From positions 1 through 40,266 of the forward strand of contig JAKDMP010000003.1 in the NCBI GenBank assembly GCA_030452225.1: a stretch of DNA of 40,266 nucleotides, read 5' to 3'. The DNA comes from Gammaproteobacteria bacterium (lineage in GTDB: Bacteria > Pseudomonadota > Gammaproteobacteria > JAKDMP01). Position numbers and translations under genes: made by a program. Below, piece after piece: positions 18,254 to 27,658 of the stretch (positions are counted from its first letter, which is position 1; every line of letters begins with the position of its first letter). A model generated the notes under the pieces. The model did not search any database. It was not told the DNA's origin and saw nothing but the letters and a program-made list of their open reading frames with translations.

Positions 18254-20001
18254 GTGAAGACCACCACGCGGCGATCAAGGTATACAAGCGCCTGCTTGGC
18301 TACGCGAAGCCTTATTGGCCGCTATTTTGCGTGGCGCTGGTCGCCATGCTGGTTTATTCGCTCTCCCAGGCCGCCTTTTCGTACCTCATGAAGCCGCTAA
18401 TGAACGGCGGGCTTGTGGAAGGCAATCCGCACGTCATCATGATTGTGGCGGGCGAAATTGCGGCACTCTTTGTGGTTCGGGGTATTGCAAGTTTCGTCCT
18501 GAATTACTCCATGAGCTGGATCGGGCGGCAGGTTATCCGGCATCTGCGCGGGGATCTTTTCGACAAGCTGCTCCGGCTGCCGACCCGTTTTTTCGATACC
18601 AGCGCGACGGGAATATTGCTGTCCAAGTTGACCTACAACACCGAACAGGTGGCCGAATCCACCACCAACTCGGTCAAGGTCATCATCAACGACTCGGTGA
18701 CGGTGCTGGTATTGCTGGCCTGGATGTTCTACCTCAACTGGGTACTCAGCGCGCTGGTGCTGGTCGTGGTGCCGGCGATTGCCTGGCTGACCCGTTACGT
18801 CAGCCGCCGTTTTCGTCGCGTTTCGACCCGCATCCAGGACAGTATGGGCGAGATTACGCGCACGAGCGAGGAGGTGATTGCCGGCCACCGCATGGTCAAG
18901 CTCTACAGTGCCGAAACGGCCGAACGCGCGCGTTTCGACAAGGCCAATGACTGGAACCTGACGCAAAATCTGAAGCTGGCCTTTACCAATTGCGCTGCCA
19001 ACCCCCTGATTCAGATTATCGCCGGTTTCGGGCTCGCACTGGTGATTTATGTCCTGGCGCTCAACCCCGTCGGCGCGGCCAATACGGTCGGCGATTTCAC
19101 CTCTTTTCTGGTTGCGGCGACCCTGCTGCTTCCACCCCTGCGCCGTCTGACCAATGTGAACGCTGCCATCCAGAAAGGCGTTGCCGCCGGAGAAAGCATT
19201 TTCCATTTGATCGATCTCGACGAGGAACGACGCGATGCCGGCAAGCCATTGGAGCGGGTGCGCGGGCGCATCGAGTTCGAACGGGTCGGTTTTGCCTATC
19301 ATCCGCGCAAGGGCGAGGTGCTCAAGTCCCTGTCCTTCTGTATCGAGTCGGGCGAGATGATCGCCCTGATCGGGCGTTCCGGGAGCGGCAAGAGTACGCT
19401 TGCGAGCCTCGTGCCGCGCTTTTACGATGTAACGGCAGGGCAAGTCACGCTGGACGGAGAAGACATCCGCGGCTTGCGGTTGTCGGACCTGCGTCGCCAG
19501 ATAGCCATGGTCACGCAGGACGTGGTCCTCTTCAATGACACGATTGCGGGCAATATTTCCTATGGCGCCGCGGGCGAGGTGGATGCGGAAGCGATTCGCG
19601 AGGCCGCCCGCGCTGCGCATATCCTCCAGGACATCGAAGCCCTGCCGGACGGCTTTGACACCTTGGTCGGCGAGCGCGGGATCCTGCTTTCCGGCGGGCA
19701 GCGCCAGCGCGTGGCCATTGCCCGTGCGCTGATGAAGAATGCGCCGATCCTGATTCTCGATGAAGCGACCTCGGCACTCGATAACGAATCCGAACGGCAG
19801 GTACAGCGCGCACTCGACGAATTGATGCAGGGGCGCACCACGCTGGTGATCGCCCATCGCCTGTCCACCATCGAGCGTGCCGATCGCATTCTCGTACTCG
19901 AGAACGGCCGTATCGTGGAAGAAGGCAGCCACGACGAACTGATTGCGCACAGCGGTGTGTACGCCGGTCTGCATCGATTGCAGATACGCAGTACGGCTTG
20001 A
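18250..20001 (+). CDS. msbA: Lipid A export ABC transporter MsbA
   Basis: N-terminal transmembrane domain plus ABC domain GRSGSGKST, LSGGQRQRVAIARA, LDEATSALD; followed by lpxK. Confidence 0.94.
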   Translation: MSEDHHAAIKVYKRLLGYAKPYWPLFCVALVAMLVYSLSQAAFSYLMKPLMNGGLVEGNPHVIMIVAGEIAALFVVRGIASFVLNYSMSWIGRQVIRHLRGDLFDKLLRLPTRFFDTSATGILLSKLTYNTEQVAESTTNSVKVIINDSVTVLVLLAWMFYLNWVLSALVLVVVPAIAWLTRYVSRRFRRVSTRIQDSMGEITRTSEEVIAGHRMVKLYSAETAERARFDKANDWNLTQNLKLAFTNCAANPLIQIIAGFGLALVIYVLALNPVGAANTVGDFTSFLVAATLLLPPLRRLTNVNAAIQKGVAAGESIFHLIDLDEERRDAGKPLERVRGRIEFERVGFAYHPRKGEVLKSLSFCIESGEMIALIGRSGSGKSTLASLVPRFYDVTAGQVTLDGEDIRGLRLSDLRRQIAMVTQDVVLFNDTIAGNISYGAAGEVDAEAIREAARAAHILQDIEALPDGFDTLVGERGILLSGGQRQRVAIARALMKNAPILILDEATSALDNESERQVQRALDELMQGRTTLVIAHRLSTIERADRILVLENGRIVEEGSHDELIAHSGVYAGLHRLQIRSTA

Positions 20002-20029
20002 GGCGCGCTTCCGGTCCCCGGACGGCCCA

Positions 20030-21058
20030 ATGAAAGGCAAACGGCGCAAATCTCCGGCCGAGTGGCTATCCGCCCGCTGGTACGGGACCCGGCCGGCGTG
20101 GTTCCTGTGGCCCCTCGCCGTCCTGTTTCGTCTCCTCGCATGGCTGCGCCGGAGCTTGTACCGGCTTGGCCTGTTTCGGACCCGGCAGGTTGCGGCCCGG
20201 GTGGTGGTGGTCGGCAACATCACGGTGGGCGGCAGCGGCAAGACGCCGCTGGTCGCATGGCTGGCGCGCGAGCTTTCGGCCGCGGGCGTAAAAACCGGCA
20301 TCGTAACGCGCGGTTATGGAGGCAACCGCAACGACGTTCGCCTGATCCGCACCGATGCTTCGGCCGATGAGGCGGGCGACGAACCCTTGTGGCTGGCGCG
20401 TGAAACGGCGGTTCCCGTGGTCGCGGGGCGGGACCGCGCGGCGGCGGCCAGGTATCTTGTCGAGAGCCATCGTCCCGACGTGGTTGTCTCCGATGACGGG
20501 TTGCAGCACTATCGGTTGGTCCGCGACGTGGAGATTGCGGCCATCGATGCGCGGCGTGGATTCGGAAACGGGGCCCTCCTGCCGGCCGGGCCGTTGCGTG
20601 AAATGCCTTCTCGGCTCGAACGGGTGAATGCAGTCGTTCTCAAGGGGCGCGGACAGGTTGCATTACCGCCCGGCGTGACGGTATTCAACATGCTCCTGAG
20701 TGTATCCCGCGCGCTGCCCGTTGGCGGAGGCGAGTCCGTTCCCTTGGCGCACTTTCGTGGCAAACCCGTGCATGCCGTGGCGGCGATTGCCGATCCGGAA
20801 GGTTTTTTTGTTGTACTGGAAGCGGCCGGCCTCGAGGTCGAACGTCACCCGTTGCCCGATCACGCGCCGATCGACTCGACCCTCGAGATGCTCGGCACGG
20901 GCCGGCCCATTCTTCTCACCGACAAGGATGCGGCGCGGCTCGCCGAGCGGCCCGTCAACGCCTGGCGGGTGCCGCTTGCGATAGGATTTTCCGGGGAGGA
21001 TGCCGCAGGCTTGCTGGCACTCGCCGGCGGGCCGCATTTTTTCATGGAGGAAAGCTGA
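20030..21058 (+). CDS. lpxK: Tetraacyldisaccharide 4'-kinase
   Basis: [49 protein letters not shown]. Confidence 0.95.
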   Translation: MKGKRRKSPAEWLSARWYGTRPAWFLWPLAVLFRLLAWLRRSLYRLGLFRTRQVAARVVVVGNITVGGSGKTPLVAWLARELSAAGVKTGIVTRGYGGNRNDVRLIRTDASADEAGDEPLWLARETAVPVVAGRDRAAAARYLVESHRPDVVVSDDGLQHYRLVRDVEIAAIDARRGFGNGALLPAGPLREMPSRLERVNAVVLKGRGQVALPPGVTVFNMLLSVSRALPVGGGESVPLAHFRGKPVHAVAAIADPEGFFVVLEAAGLEVERHPLPDHAPIDSTLEMLGTGRPILLTDKDAARLAERPVNAWRVPLAIGFSGEDAAGLLALAGGPHFFMEES

Positions 21059-21246
21059 TGGATTCCAAACTGCTTGACATACTCGTCTGCCCGCTCTGCA
21101 AGGGCCCGTTGCAGTACGACAGGAAGGCCGGAGAGTTGATCTGCCGTGCCGATCGTCTGGCCTTTCCAATTCGCGATGACATCCCCGTCATGCTCGAAGA
21201 GGAAGCGCGCAAGGTAGAACTCGAAGAGCTGGACAAATACAAGTGA
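21058..21246 (+). CDS. ycaR: Trm112-like protein (YcaR/UPF0434)
   Basis: [18 protein letters not shown]...[13 protein letters not shown]; sits between lpxK and kdsB. Confidence 0.92.
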   Translation: MDSKLLDILVCPLCKGPLQYDRKAGELICRADRLAFPIRDDIPVMLEEEARKVELEELDKYK

Positions 21247-21998
21247 GCGTACGGGTCGTCATTCCCGCACGCTACGGCTCCAGCCGCTTGCCCGGGAAGC
21301 CGCTGGTCGAAATAGCGGGCAAGCCGCTCGTTTGCCATGTTTGCGAGCGGGGACTGGAAAGCCGGGCCGAAGAGGTCTGGCTGGCAACCGACGACGAACG
21401 TATTGCCGCGGCAGTCGAGGACATGCCCGTTCGCGTGGCGCTGACTTCCGGTGTGCACGCGTCGGGTACCGATCGCATCGCCGAAGTCGCCGCGCGCGAG
21501 AATTGGGAAGACGAGGATATCGTGGTCAACCTGCAGGGCGACGAGCCCCTGATGCCCGCGGATGCCATCGATGCCGTGGCCGCCTCGCTGCAGGCTAACC
21601 CGGAAGCCGAGATGGCAACCTTGGCCGTGCGTTTGTATGAAGCGGAATTGTTTGCCGACCCTCATGTGGTCAAGCTGGTCACGGATACGAACGGCGATGC
21701 GCTTTATTTCAGCCGTGCCCCGATTCCTCGCCCGCGAGAAGCGGATCGCGAGTTGCCCGCCGAAGCGCTGCGGCATGTCGGCTTGTATGCCTATCGCGTC
21801 GCCGCTCTTGCTCGACTGGCTGCCGAACCGCCGTGTGCGATGGAACGCGAAGAGGGCCTCGAGCAGTTGCGCGCTCTGTGGCTGGGCATGCGCATCCGCG
21901 TCGAGGTGGCGGACGAGATCCCGATGACCTCGGTGGACACGGCGAAGGACATTGCGCGCACCGAACGATGGCTCGATGGGCAAACCCCCGAAACCTGA
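21243..21998 (+). CDS. kdsB: 3-deoxy-manno-octulosonate cytidylyltransferase
   Basis: [52 protein letters not shown]. Confidence 0.96.
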   Translation: MSVRVVIPARYGSSRLPGKPLVEIAGKPLVCHVCERGLESRAEEVWLATDDERIAAAVEDMPVRVALTSGVHASGTDRIAEVAARENWEDEDIVVNLQGDEPLMPADAIDAVAASLQANPEAEMATLAVRLYEAELFADPHVVKLVTDTNGDALYFSRAPIPRPREADRELPAEALRHVGLYAYRVAALARLAAEPPCAMEREEGLEQLRALWLGMRIRVEVADEIPMTSVDTAKDIARTERWLDGQTPET

Positions 21999-22008
21999 CA
22001 ACGGAGTC

Positions 22009-22075
22009 GCAGGAGCGGCCCATATGCCCGCGACCGGGGCGACGACATTGGTCGCAAGCAAGCTCTCGCTCCCGC
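22009..22075. repeat. REP doublet (REPIN-like), G(T/C)AGGAGCG...CGCGA type
   Basis: GCAGGAGCG...CGCGACC faces GGTCGC...CGCTCCCGC as an imperfect inverted pair. Confidence 0.55.
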
Positions 22076-22100
22076 CGGAAACTCTCCCGGCAGTAGAGTT

Positions 22101-22311
22101 AGGGCGTCTCTGATTGATTCGTCATTCCCGCGAAAGCGCGACTGCGAAGGCGGAACGCCGGAGCGAACATGTGCGAAGCACATGTCCTGAGGGGCGAGCG
22201 ACGCAAGTCGCGAGTAATCCATCTTCTTGATTGGGCTGGATTCCCGCCGCAGCCTGCCCCCGCGAAGGCGGGGGCGGGAATGACGGACAATGAATTGTTC
22301 AGAAATGCCTT
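22101..22311. mobile_element. Candidate MITE-like element enclosing a CGTCATTCCCGC...GCGGGAATGACG REP pair
   Basis: Imperfect 20-bp terminal inverted repeats (22101-22120 vs 22292-22311, 14/20) around a perfect 12-bp inverted repeat (22120-22131 / 22274-22285); no ORF of recognisable function. Confidence 0.55.
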
Positions 22312-22351
22312 TGTAGATACTCTGTTCCAAGTCAAGCCCACTCAAAAGCGA

Positions 22352-22428
22352 GCAGGGCGGACAAGCCTGCACAGCAGGCGCATCCATCGAATCCACACCG
22401 GCGGATGCGCTGTGCTTATCCGCCCTGC
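22352..22428. repeat. REP doublet, GCAGGGCGGATAAGC type
   Basis: GCAGGGCGGACAAGC (22352-22366) and GCTTATCCGCCCTGC (22414-22428), 14/15 complementary; inner GCGCATCC/GGATGCGC pair. Confidence 0.7.
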
Positions 22429-22429
22429 A

Positions 22430-22545
22430 GCAGGAGCGGACGTCCCGGGCGCGATACGACGTTGGAATGTGTTCATGCCCATCGCGACGGGGCCGTCACT
22501 CCTGCCCGGGCCCTTAATCGGGTGTAGCAGCAAGCTTGCTCGCGA
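22430..22545. repeat. Second GCAGGAG-type REP doublet plus a single AGCTTGCTCGCGA REP
   Basis: GCAGGAGCG...GCGCGAT (22430-22455) vs ATCGCG...CTCCTGC (22481-22505); GTAGCAGCAAGCTTGCTCGCGA at 22524-22545. Confidence 0.55.
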
Positions 22546-22557
22546 TTTTTCCGGCGT

Positions 22558-24918
22558 TCAGCCCCTGTCGTCGTGACCCGCGGACTCGCTGTTCCTTTCC
22601 TGCTCAAACAGGGCGGCCAGGCGCGGCGTTTCCTCGGTCGGCGGCCCCTTCCTCTCGGCCCGGCCCGCATGGGGCTTGCCCGGAGCCTGTCCCGGATCGG
22701 TTTGGGCCGCAGAGGTGACGAGCGACTTGCCGGCGGCTTTCTCGTCTTGCATGCTCTGCGCCTTCCCGGAACCCTGGTCGTCGGATGGCCGTTCGTTGGA
22801 CTGGCTGTTCCCATTGCCGGCGCTGCGGCGCCTGCGCCCGCCGCGGCGGCCACGGCGCGTTCGGGAGCGCCCGGAGCCTTCGTTGCCGGCGGTCGATCGG
22901 GTCTCACTGCCTGCTCGGGATGACGCTGATTCCTCGGCCTTTGCAGTGGCGCTGCCTTGTGCGGGGGGCTGCTTTTTGTCGTTGGGTTTTCGTGCGGCCT
23001 GCTTCCGGTTGCTGCTTCCGGCCGGATCCCCGGACGGTGCGTTGCGCGCACGGTTCCCGCCGGCGCGTTGCGCCCCGCCGCGCGAATCGCGCTTTGCGTT
23101 GTTCGAAGCCGGGCGTTGCCTGCGGCTGCGGGTAGCGTTTTCGCCGCGTTGGCCGGAGTCGCTGCGACGGTTGCGGTTCACGCTGGATCGTTTGCGTTGT
23201 GCGGGTGCCGCAGAACCGGATCCGCTTGTATCCTGCTCCTGCGATGCCAGCCTTCCCAGCAACCGCGTGAACCAGCCATTGCGCGAGCCTGCCTTGGCCT
23301 TGGCCTCGGGGGCGGGAGCGGGCGGCGGGGTTGCCGGCCGCAGGGCGCTGACGGCGGGCTGCTCGGCCGGTGCGGGCTTGCCCGGCATGGCGGGCGCTTC
23401 GGGTTCTTCCGCCAGTTCGTGCGAGGGCAGCACCTGGGCGCCAAGCTGGTCGCTGCGGATTCTTTCCACCCGGTAGTTGGGCGTGTCCATGTGGGGGTTG
23501 GGAATGATCACGATGCCGATACACAGCTGGTTTTCTATTTCCACCAGATCCGTCCGCTTCTCGTTGACGAGAAAGGTGGCGACGCTTACCGGCAACTCCG
23601 CCGTGATTCGGGCGGTTCGTTCCTTCAGTGCTTCCTGTTGAATGTGGCGCAGGATCGAGATGGCGAGCGATTCGACCGAACGGATCATGCCCTTGCCGGA
23701 GCAACGCGGGCAGGGTTCGAATACCGCCTCGGAAAGCGCCGGGCGCAGCCGTTGGCGCGACATCTCCAGCAGGCCGAAGCGCGAGATGCGCCCGATCTGG
23801 ATGCGCGCCCGATCGAGGGCGAGCGACTGGTGCAACTTGTTTTCGACCTCGCGCAGGTTGCGGGCGTTGTTCATGTCGATGAAATCCACCACAATCAGGC
23901 CGCCGATGTCGCGCAACCTGAGTTGGCGCGCAATCTCCTCGGCGGCTTCGAGATTGGTGTTGAGCGCGGTCTCGTTGATGTCGCTGCCCTGGGTGGCGCG
24001 CGCCGAGTTGACGTCCACCGCGACCAGCGCTTCGGTTTGATCGAGTACCAGGGCGCCGCCGGACGGCAGGCGAACCTGGCGCTGGAAGGCGGCATCGATC
24101 TGGCTTTCGATCTGAAAGCGGGTGAACAGCGGAAGCCGATCCTCGTGCCGCTTGAGCTTGCCCAGATGCTGCGGCATGACCATCTCGACAAATCCGCGCG
24201 CTTCCTCGAGTACGTCGGCATCGTCAATGACGACCTCGCCGATATCCTTTGAAAAGTGGTCGCGCAGCGCGCGGATGATGACGTTCGATTCCTGGTAGAT
24301 CAGGAAGGGCGCCGAACGGTCGTCGGCCGCATGGCAGATTGCCTCCCAGATGTTCTTGAGGTAATCGAGGTCCCACTGGAGTTGTTCGAGGCTGCGCCCG
24401 CCCCCGGCGGTACGCACGATGACGCCGGCGCCCTGTGGCAGGACGAGCTCCGAAAGCAGGCTGCGGGTCTCGTCGCGATCGGCGCCCTCGATTTTGCTCG
24501 ACACGCCCCCGGCACTGGGGTTGTTGGGCATGAGTACGAGATAGCGGCCGGCAAGACTGACGAAGGTCGTGAGTGCTGCGCCCTTGGTGCCGCGCTCTTC
24601 CTTGGTCACCTGGACAATGACTTCCTGGCCTTCCCTGACGGCATCCTTGATGGTCAGTCGGGTACCGGATTCGGATTTGCTCTGGTGGTAGGCCGGCGCA
24701 ATTTCGCGCAGCGGCAGGAAGCCGTGGCGCTCGGCCCCGTACTCGACGAAGCAGGCCTCGAGGCTGGGTTCCACCCGCGAGACGCGGCCCTTGTAAATAT
24801 TGTCCTTCTTCTGGCCGTGGCCGGGGACTTCGATATCCAGATCGTACAGCGTCTGGCCATCGACGATTGCGACGCGCAGCTCTTCGGGCTGGGTCGCATT
24901 GATCAACATACGTTTCAT
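22558..24918 (-). CDS. rne: Ribonuclease E
   Basis: MKRMLINATQPEELRVAIVDGQ, NIYKG, HGFLP, DVNS, LRLRDIGGLIVVDFIDM, SRFGLLEMSRQR, Zn-link CPRCSGKG; membrane-targeting helix GWFTRLLGRL; Arg-rich disordered tail. Confidence 0.97.
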   Translation of the reverse strand: MKRMLINATQPEELRVAIVDGQTLYDLDIEVPGHGQKKDNIYKGRVSRVEPSLEACFVEYGAERHGFLPLREIAPAYHQSKSESGTRLTIKDAVREGQEVIVQVTKEERGTKGAALTTFVSLAGRYLVLMPNNPSAGGVSSKIEGADRDETRSLLSELVLPQGAGVIVRTAGGGRSLEQLQWDLDYLKNIWEAICHAADDRSAPFLIYQESNVIIRALRDHFSKDIGEVVIDDADVLEEARGFVEMVMPQHLGKLKRHEDRLPLFTRFQIESQIDAAFQRQVRLPSGGALVLDQTEALVAVDVNSARATQGSDINETALNTNLEAAEEIARQLRLRDIGGLIVVDFIDMNNARNLREVENKLHQSLALDRARIQIGRISRFGLLEMSRQRLRPALSEAVFEPCPRCSGKGMIRSVESLAISILRHIQQEALKERTARITAELPVSVATFLVNEKRTDLVEIENQLCIGIVIIPNPHMDTPNYRVERIRSDQLGAQVLPSHELAEEPEAPAMPGKPAPAEQPAVSALRPATPPPAPAPEAKAKAGSRNGWFTRLLGRLASQEQDTSGSGSAAPAQRKRSSVNRNRRSDSGQRGENATRSRRQRPASNNAKRDSRGGAQRAGGNRARNAPSGDPAGSSNRKQAARKPNDKKQPPAQGSATAKAEESASSRAGSETRSTAGNEGSGRSRTRRGRRGGRRRRSAGNGNSQSNERPSDDQGSGKAQSMQDEKAAGKSLVTSAAQTDPGQAPGKPHAGRAERKGPPTEETPRLAALFEQERNSESAGHDDRG

Positions 24919-25227
24919 TTCTTGTAAATACCCGTTACGGGGCGCTCACCAGGCGGCATGGCCGGCTTTCAGCGTGACGGGAAGACAGTTTGCGCTTGGC
25001 TCGGCGGCGGCTTCGATGCCCCGCCTTGTGAATTGCCTTGGCCCCGCTCAGCGCTTCGCAACCATGCAATCGGCATGGGAGCGCCTGTGATTGAATGACC
25101 GCCGGTCGAACCGGCGCGTTGCAAAATCCTGCCTTGGAAGTACCGTTGGCCCTTGCCGCCCGGAACCCAAGGCAAGTTGCCCATCCGGCAACGACGTTAC
25201 TATAACAGAGGCGGCATAGGGAAACAA
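24919..25227 (-). promoter_or_regulatory. Candidate rne promoter and structured 5' leader (about 275 nt)
   Basis: Minus strand TTGTTT (25227-25222), 17 bp, TGT-TATAGT (-10 at 25204-25199); hairpins GTTGCC/GGCAAC (25176-25192) and TGCCTTGG/CCAAGGCA (25130-25174). Confidence 0.5.
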
Positions 25228-25231
25228 GTTT

Positions 25232-26251
25232 TTGAAGGATAAACAGGCGTTTGCAAACGGCGACGCGCATCAGGGCGTGCGCCGCCTGAAGGTTGGTGAA
25301 GAGTTTGCCGGACAGCGGCTGGACAATTTCCTTGCGCGGGAACTCAAGGGGGTACCGCGCGGGCATGTTTACCGTTTGCTCAGGACCGGGCAGGTGCGGG
25401 TCAATGGCGGGCGCCGCCGGCCCAAATACCGGCTTGCCGACGGGGACGAGGTGCGCCTGCCGCCGGTGCGGCTGCCCGAGCGCGAGCCCTCGACCGGCCC
25501 CTTGAAGCGTACCGAAGCGCTGCTCGCCTCCGGCATCCTGTTCGAGGACAAGGTTCTCCTGGCGGTGAACAAACCGCCGGGCATGCCCGTGCACGGCGGC
25601 AGCGGCCTCAACGGCGGCTTGATCGAGGCGCTGCGCACCTTGCGCAAGGAGCCGGAGCTGGAACTGATCCATCGGCTGGATCGGGACACCTCGGGTTGCC
25701 TGCTCATCGCGCGCAGGCGGAGCGCTCTGCGCGCCCTGCATGCCGCCCTGCGCGAGGGCAAGGTCGACAAACGCTACCTCGCCTTGTTGGTGGGCCGCGT
25801 GGACCAGCCCTTCGTGGCCGACGCGCCGCTCGAGCGCTACGTAAAGCGCGGCGGCGAGAGACACGTGACCGTGAGCCGCGAAGGCAAGGCCGCAAAAACG
25901 TTCTTCGAGCCGCTGGCAAGCGGCGAGCGGGCAAGCCTGGTGCTTGCGCGTCCCGCAACCGGCCGCACCCACCAGATCCGCGTGCATGCACTCGAAGCCG
26001 GTCATCCGGTCGCGGGCGATTCCCGCTACGGCGACAAGGCTGCCAACCGGCAGTTGCGTGACCTCGGTCTCCGGCGTTTGGGCCTGCATGCCGCCAGCCT
26101 CTGCTTCGAGCATCCCCAGACCGGCGAAAACCTGTCGATTGAGGCCCCCTTGCCCGACGATCTCGCCGCCGCCATCCACGCTCTGACCGCCGGCGCTGAG
26201 AACCAAACCCTGCGATTCATCCGGTCTCAAGGGCCCGGCATCCCTCCATGA
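25232..26251 (+). CDS. rluC: 23S rRNA pseudouridine synthase RluC
   Basis: S4 domain GQRLDNFL...VYRLLRTGQVRVN, NKPPGMPVHGGSG, HRLDRDTSG, TGRTHQIRVH; divergent from rne. Start approximate. Confidence 0.94.
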   Translation: MKDKQAFANGDAHQGVRRLKVGEEFAGQRLDNFLARELKGVPRGHVYRLLRTGQVRVNGGRRRPKYRLADGDEVRLPPVRLPEREPSTGPLKRTEALLASGILFEDKVLLAVNKPPGMPVHGGSGLNGGLIEALRTLRKEPELELIHRLDRDTSGCLLIARRRSALRALHAALREGKVDKRYLALLVGRVDQPFVADAPLERYVKRGGERHVTVSREGKAAKTFFEPLASGERASLVLARPATGRTHQIRVHALEAGHPVAGDSRYGDKAANRQLRDLGLRRLGLHAASLCFEHPQTGENLSIEAPLPDDLAAAIHALTAGAENQTLRFIRSQGPGIPP

Positions 26252-26263
26252 GGCCGTTGCGCA

Positions 26264-26863
26264 ATGACTGGATTGATTCAGAACATCATTGAGCAGAGCG
26301 GTTATTTCGGCATTTTTGCCCTGATGATTCTCGAAAATGTCTTTCCGCCCATTCCGTCGGAAATCATTGTGCCGTTCGCCGGCTACGTCGCCGCGCGTGG
26401 GGATCTGAGCGCAATCGGCGTCGTCATCTCGGCCACGCTCGGCTCGGTTTGCGGCACATTCATCTGGTATTTGCTGGCGCGCTGGTTCGGCGAAGAGCGC
26501 CTGCGCCGACTGGTCGCCAGGCATGGGCGCTGGATCACGATGAATCAACGCGACATCACCCGCGCCAGCAAGTGGTTCGAGCGCTTCGGCGCCTGGGCGG
26601 TTTTCCTCGGCCGGCTTGTTCCGACCGTTCGTACGCTGATCTCCATCCCGGCCGGCCTCGTTTGCATGTCGCCGCTCAAGTTTTTCCTGTGCACACTTGC
26701 CGGCTCGCTACTGTGGGTGTGCGTGCTGACTTGGCTGGGATTGCAACTGGATGAGCACTATGACCGTGTCGAGGCATGGCTGTCACCGGTGACCACTGCG
26801 GTGATCGCGGTGATTGTCATCACCTATATCTGGAGGGTCATCCGCTACAAGCCCGACGAGTGA
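26264..26863 (+). CDS. DedA family membrane protein
   Basis: LENVFPPIPSEIIVPFAG, WFERFG, GRLVPTVRTLISIPAG. Confidence 0.93.
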   Translation: MTGLIQNIIEQSGYFGIFALMILENVFPPIPSEIIVPFAGYVAARGDLSAIGVVISATLGSVCGTFIWYLLARWFGEERLRRLVARHGRWITMNQRDITRASKWFERFGAWAVFLGRLVPTVRTLISIPAGLVCMSPLKFFLCTLAGSLLWVCVLTWLGLQLDEHYDRVEAWLSPVTTAVIAVIVITYIWRVIRYKPDE

Positions 26864-27033
26864 TCGCCGCGGGGAGGCTGCTGAGCTTTAGATCGGTCAG
26901 GGAGCATCAGGAGGTCAAGTTGCAGACTTGCGTAACTCTGCCGGTCGCATGTCGTAAAAGTTTGTCCGCTCCTTGTTAAACGAACTTCTGAGGCAGGACA
27001 TTATTGATCCGGCAACTAAACAGTAGTAACTTT

Positions 27034-27110
27034 CCGTTCGTGCTGAGTGTAGCGCAGCGAAGTCGAAGCAGGCCTTCGACTCCGGTCTGCGACCTACGCT
27101 CAGGCCGAAC
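27034..27110. repeat. Palindromic REP-like element (CCGTTCG..CTGAG / CTCAG..CGAAC type)
   Basis: GTTCG-TG-CTGAG vs CTCAG-GC-CGAAC outer stem and AGTCGAAG/CTTCGACT inner stem; lies between convergent genes. Confidence 0.65.
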
Positions 27111-27168
27111 TGAGGACAGGAGCGCTCACACACGGCCAGCGTCAAGTTCATACCAATTAATTACCGGC

Positions 27169-27627
27169 TCAATAGGCGGGTTTTGCCACCATAAGGTAAA
27201 CATTGATGAGGGGAAGGATGACGGCGATGGTTCCGAAGACCATCCACAGGATGTTGAGCCGCCAGTACCGTGGGGGAATTTCGCCGCCGCTACGGAAGAT
27301 GCGTGCCATTCGGGCCTGGAGTATCTCCACGGAAATCAGTATCGCCAGCCATATGACGCCGGAGCCGACGAACAGCATGATGCCCAGGTCGAGCCAATCT
27401 GTATGATCATAATCACCGGCCATTGCGGTGCCGGTGATGGCAAGCAGGGCGGCGCCGGTTGCGGTGAAGGCGATATCCGTAACCATGACCAGGCGCTGGC
27501 CGAACGCGACGATTACCGGGTTGCGGGTGCGGTCGGCCAACCCCTTCCATAGGGCCGTGACAATGATATTGCCGAGGAAAACAACGGCGCCCAGCACGTG
27601 CAGGGCCTTGAGCAATTCGTATGACAT
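27169..27627 (-). CDS. DUF2269-like integral membrane protein
   Basis: LKALHVLGAVVFLG, TDIAFT, four hydrophobic segments, C-terminal YLMVAKP. Confidence 0.8.
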   Translation of the reverse strand: MSYELLKALHVLGAVVFLGNIIVTALWKGLADRTRNPVIVAFGQRLVMVTDIAFTATGAALLAITGTAMAGDYDHTDWLDLGIMLFVGSGVIWLAILISVEILQARMARIFRSGGEIPPRYWRLNILWMVFGTIAVILPLINVYLMVAKPAY

Positions 27628-27658
27628 CCAGTTTTTTCTCCGATTGCTCGAGGCGGTA

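Noticed and set aside
22009-22545. Possible CRISPR array or small ORFs (22099-22341, 22169-22576) in the kdsB-rne gap
   Set aside because: Units are inverted, heterogeneous and irregularly spaced with no cas genes; the ORFs are translations of palindromic repeats.
26864-27033. AT-richer stretch after dedA with a GGAGG and short reading frames
   Set aside because: Could be a gene remnant, but I cannot assign it to any family by eye.
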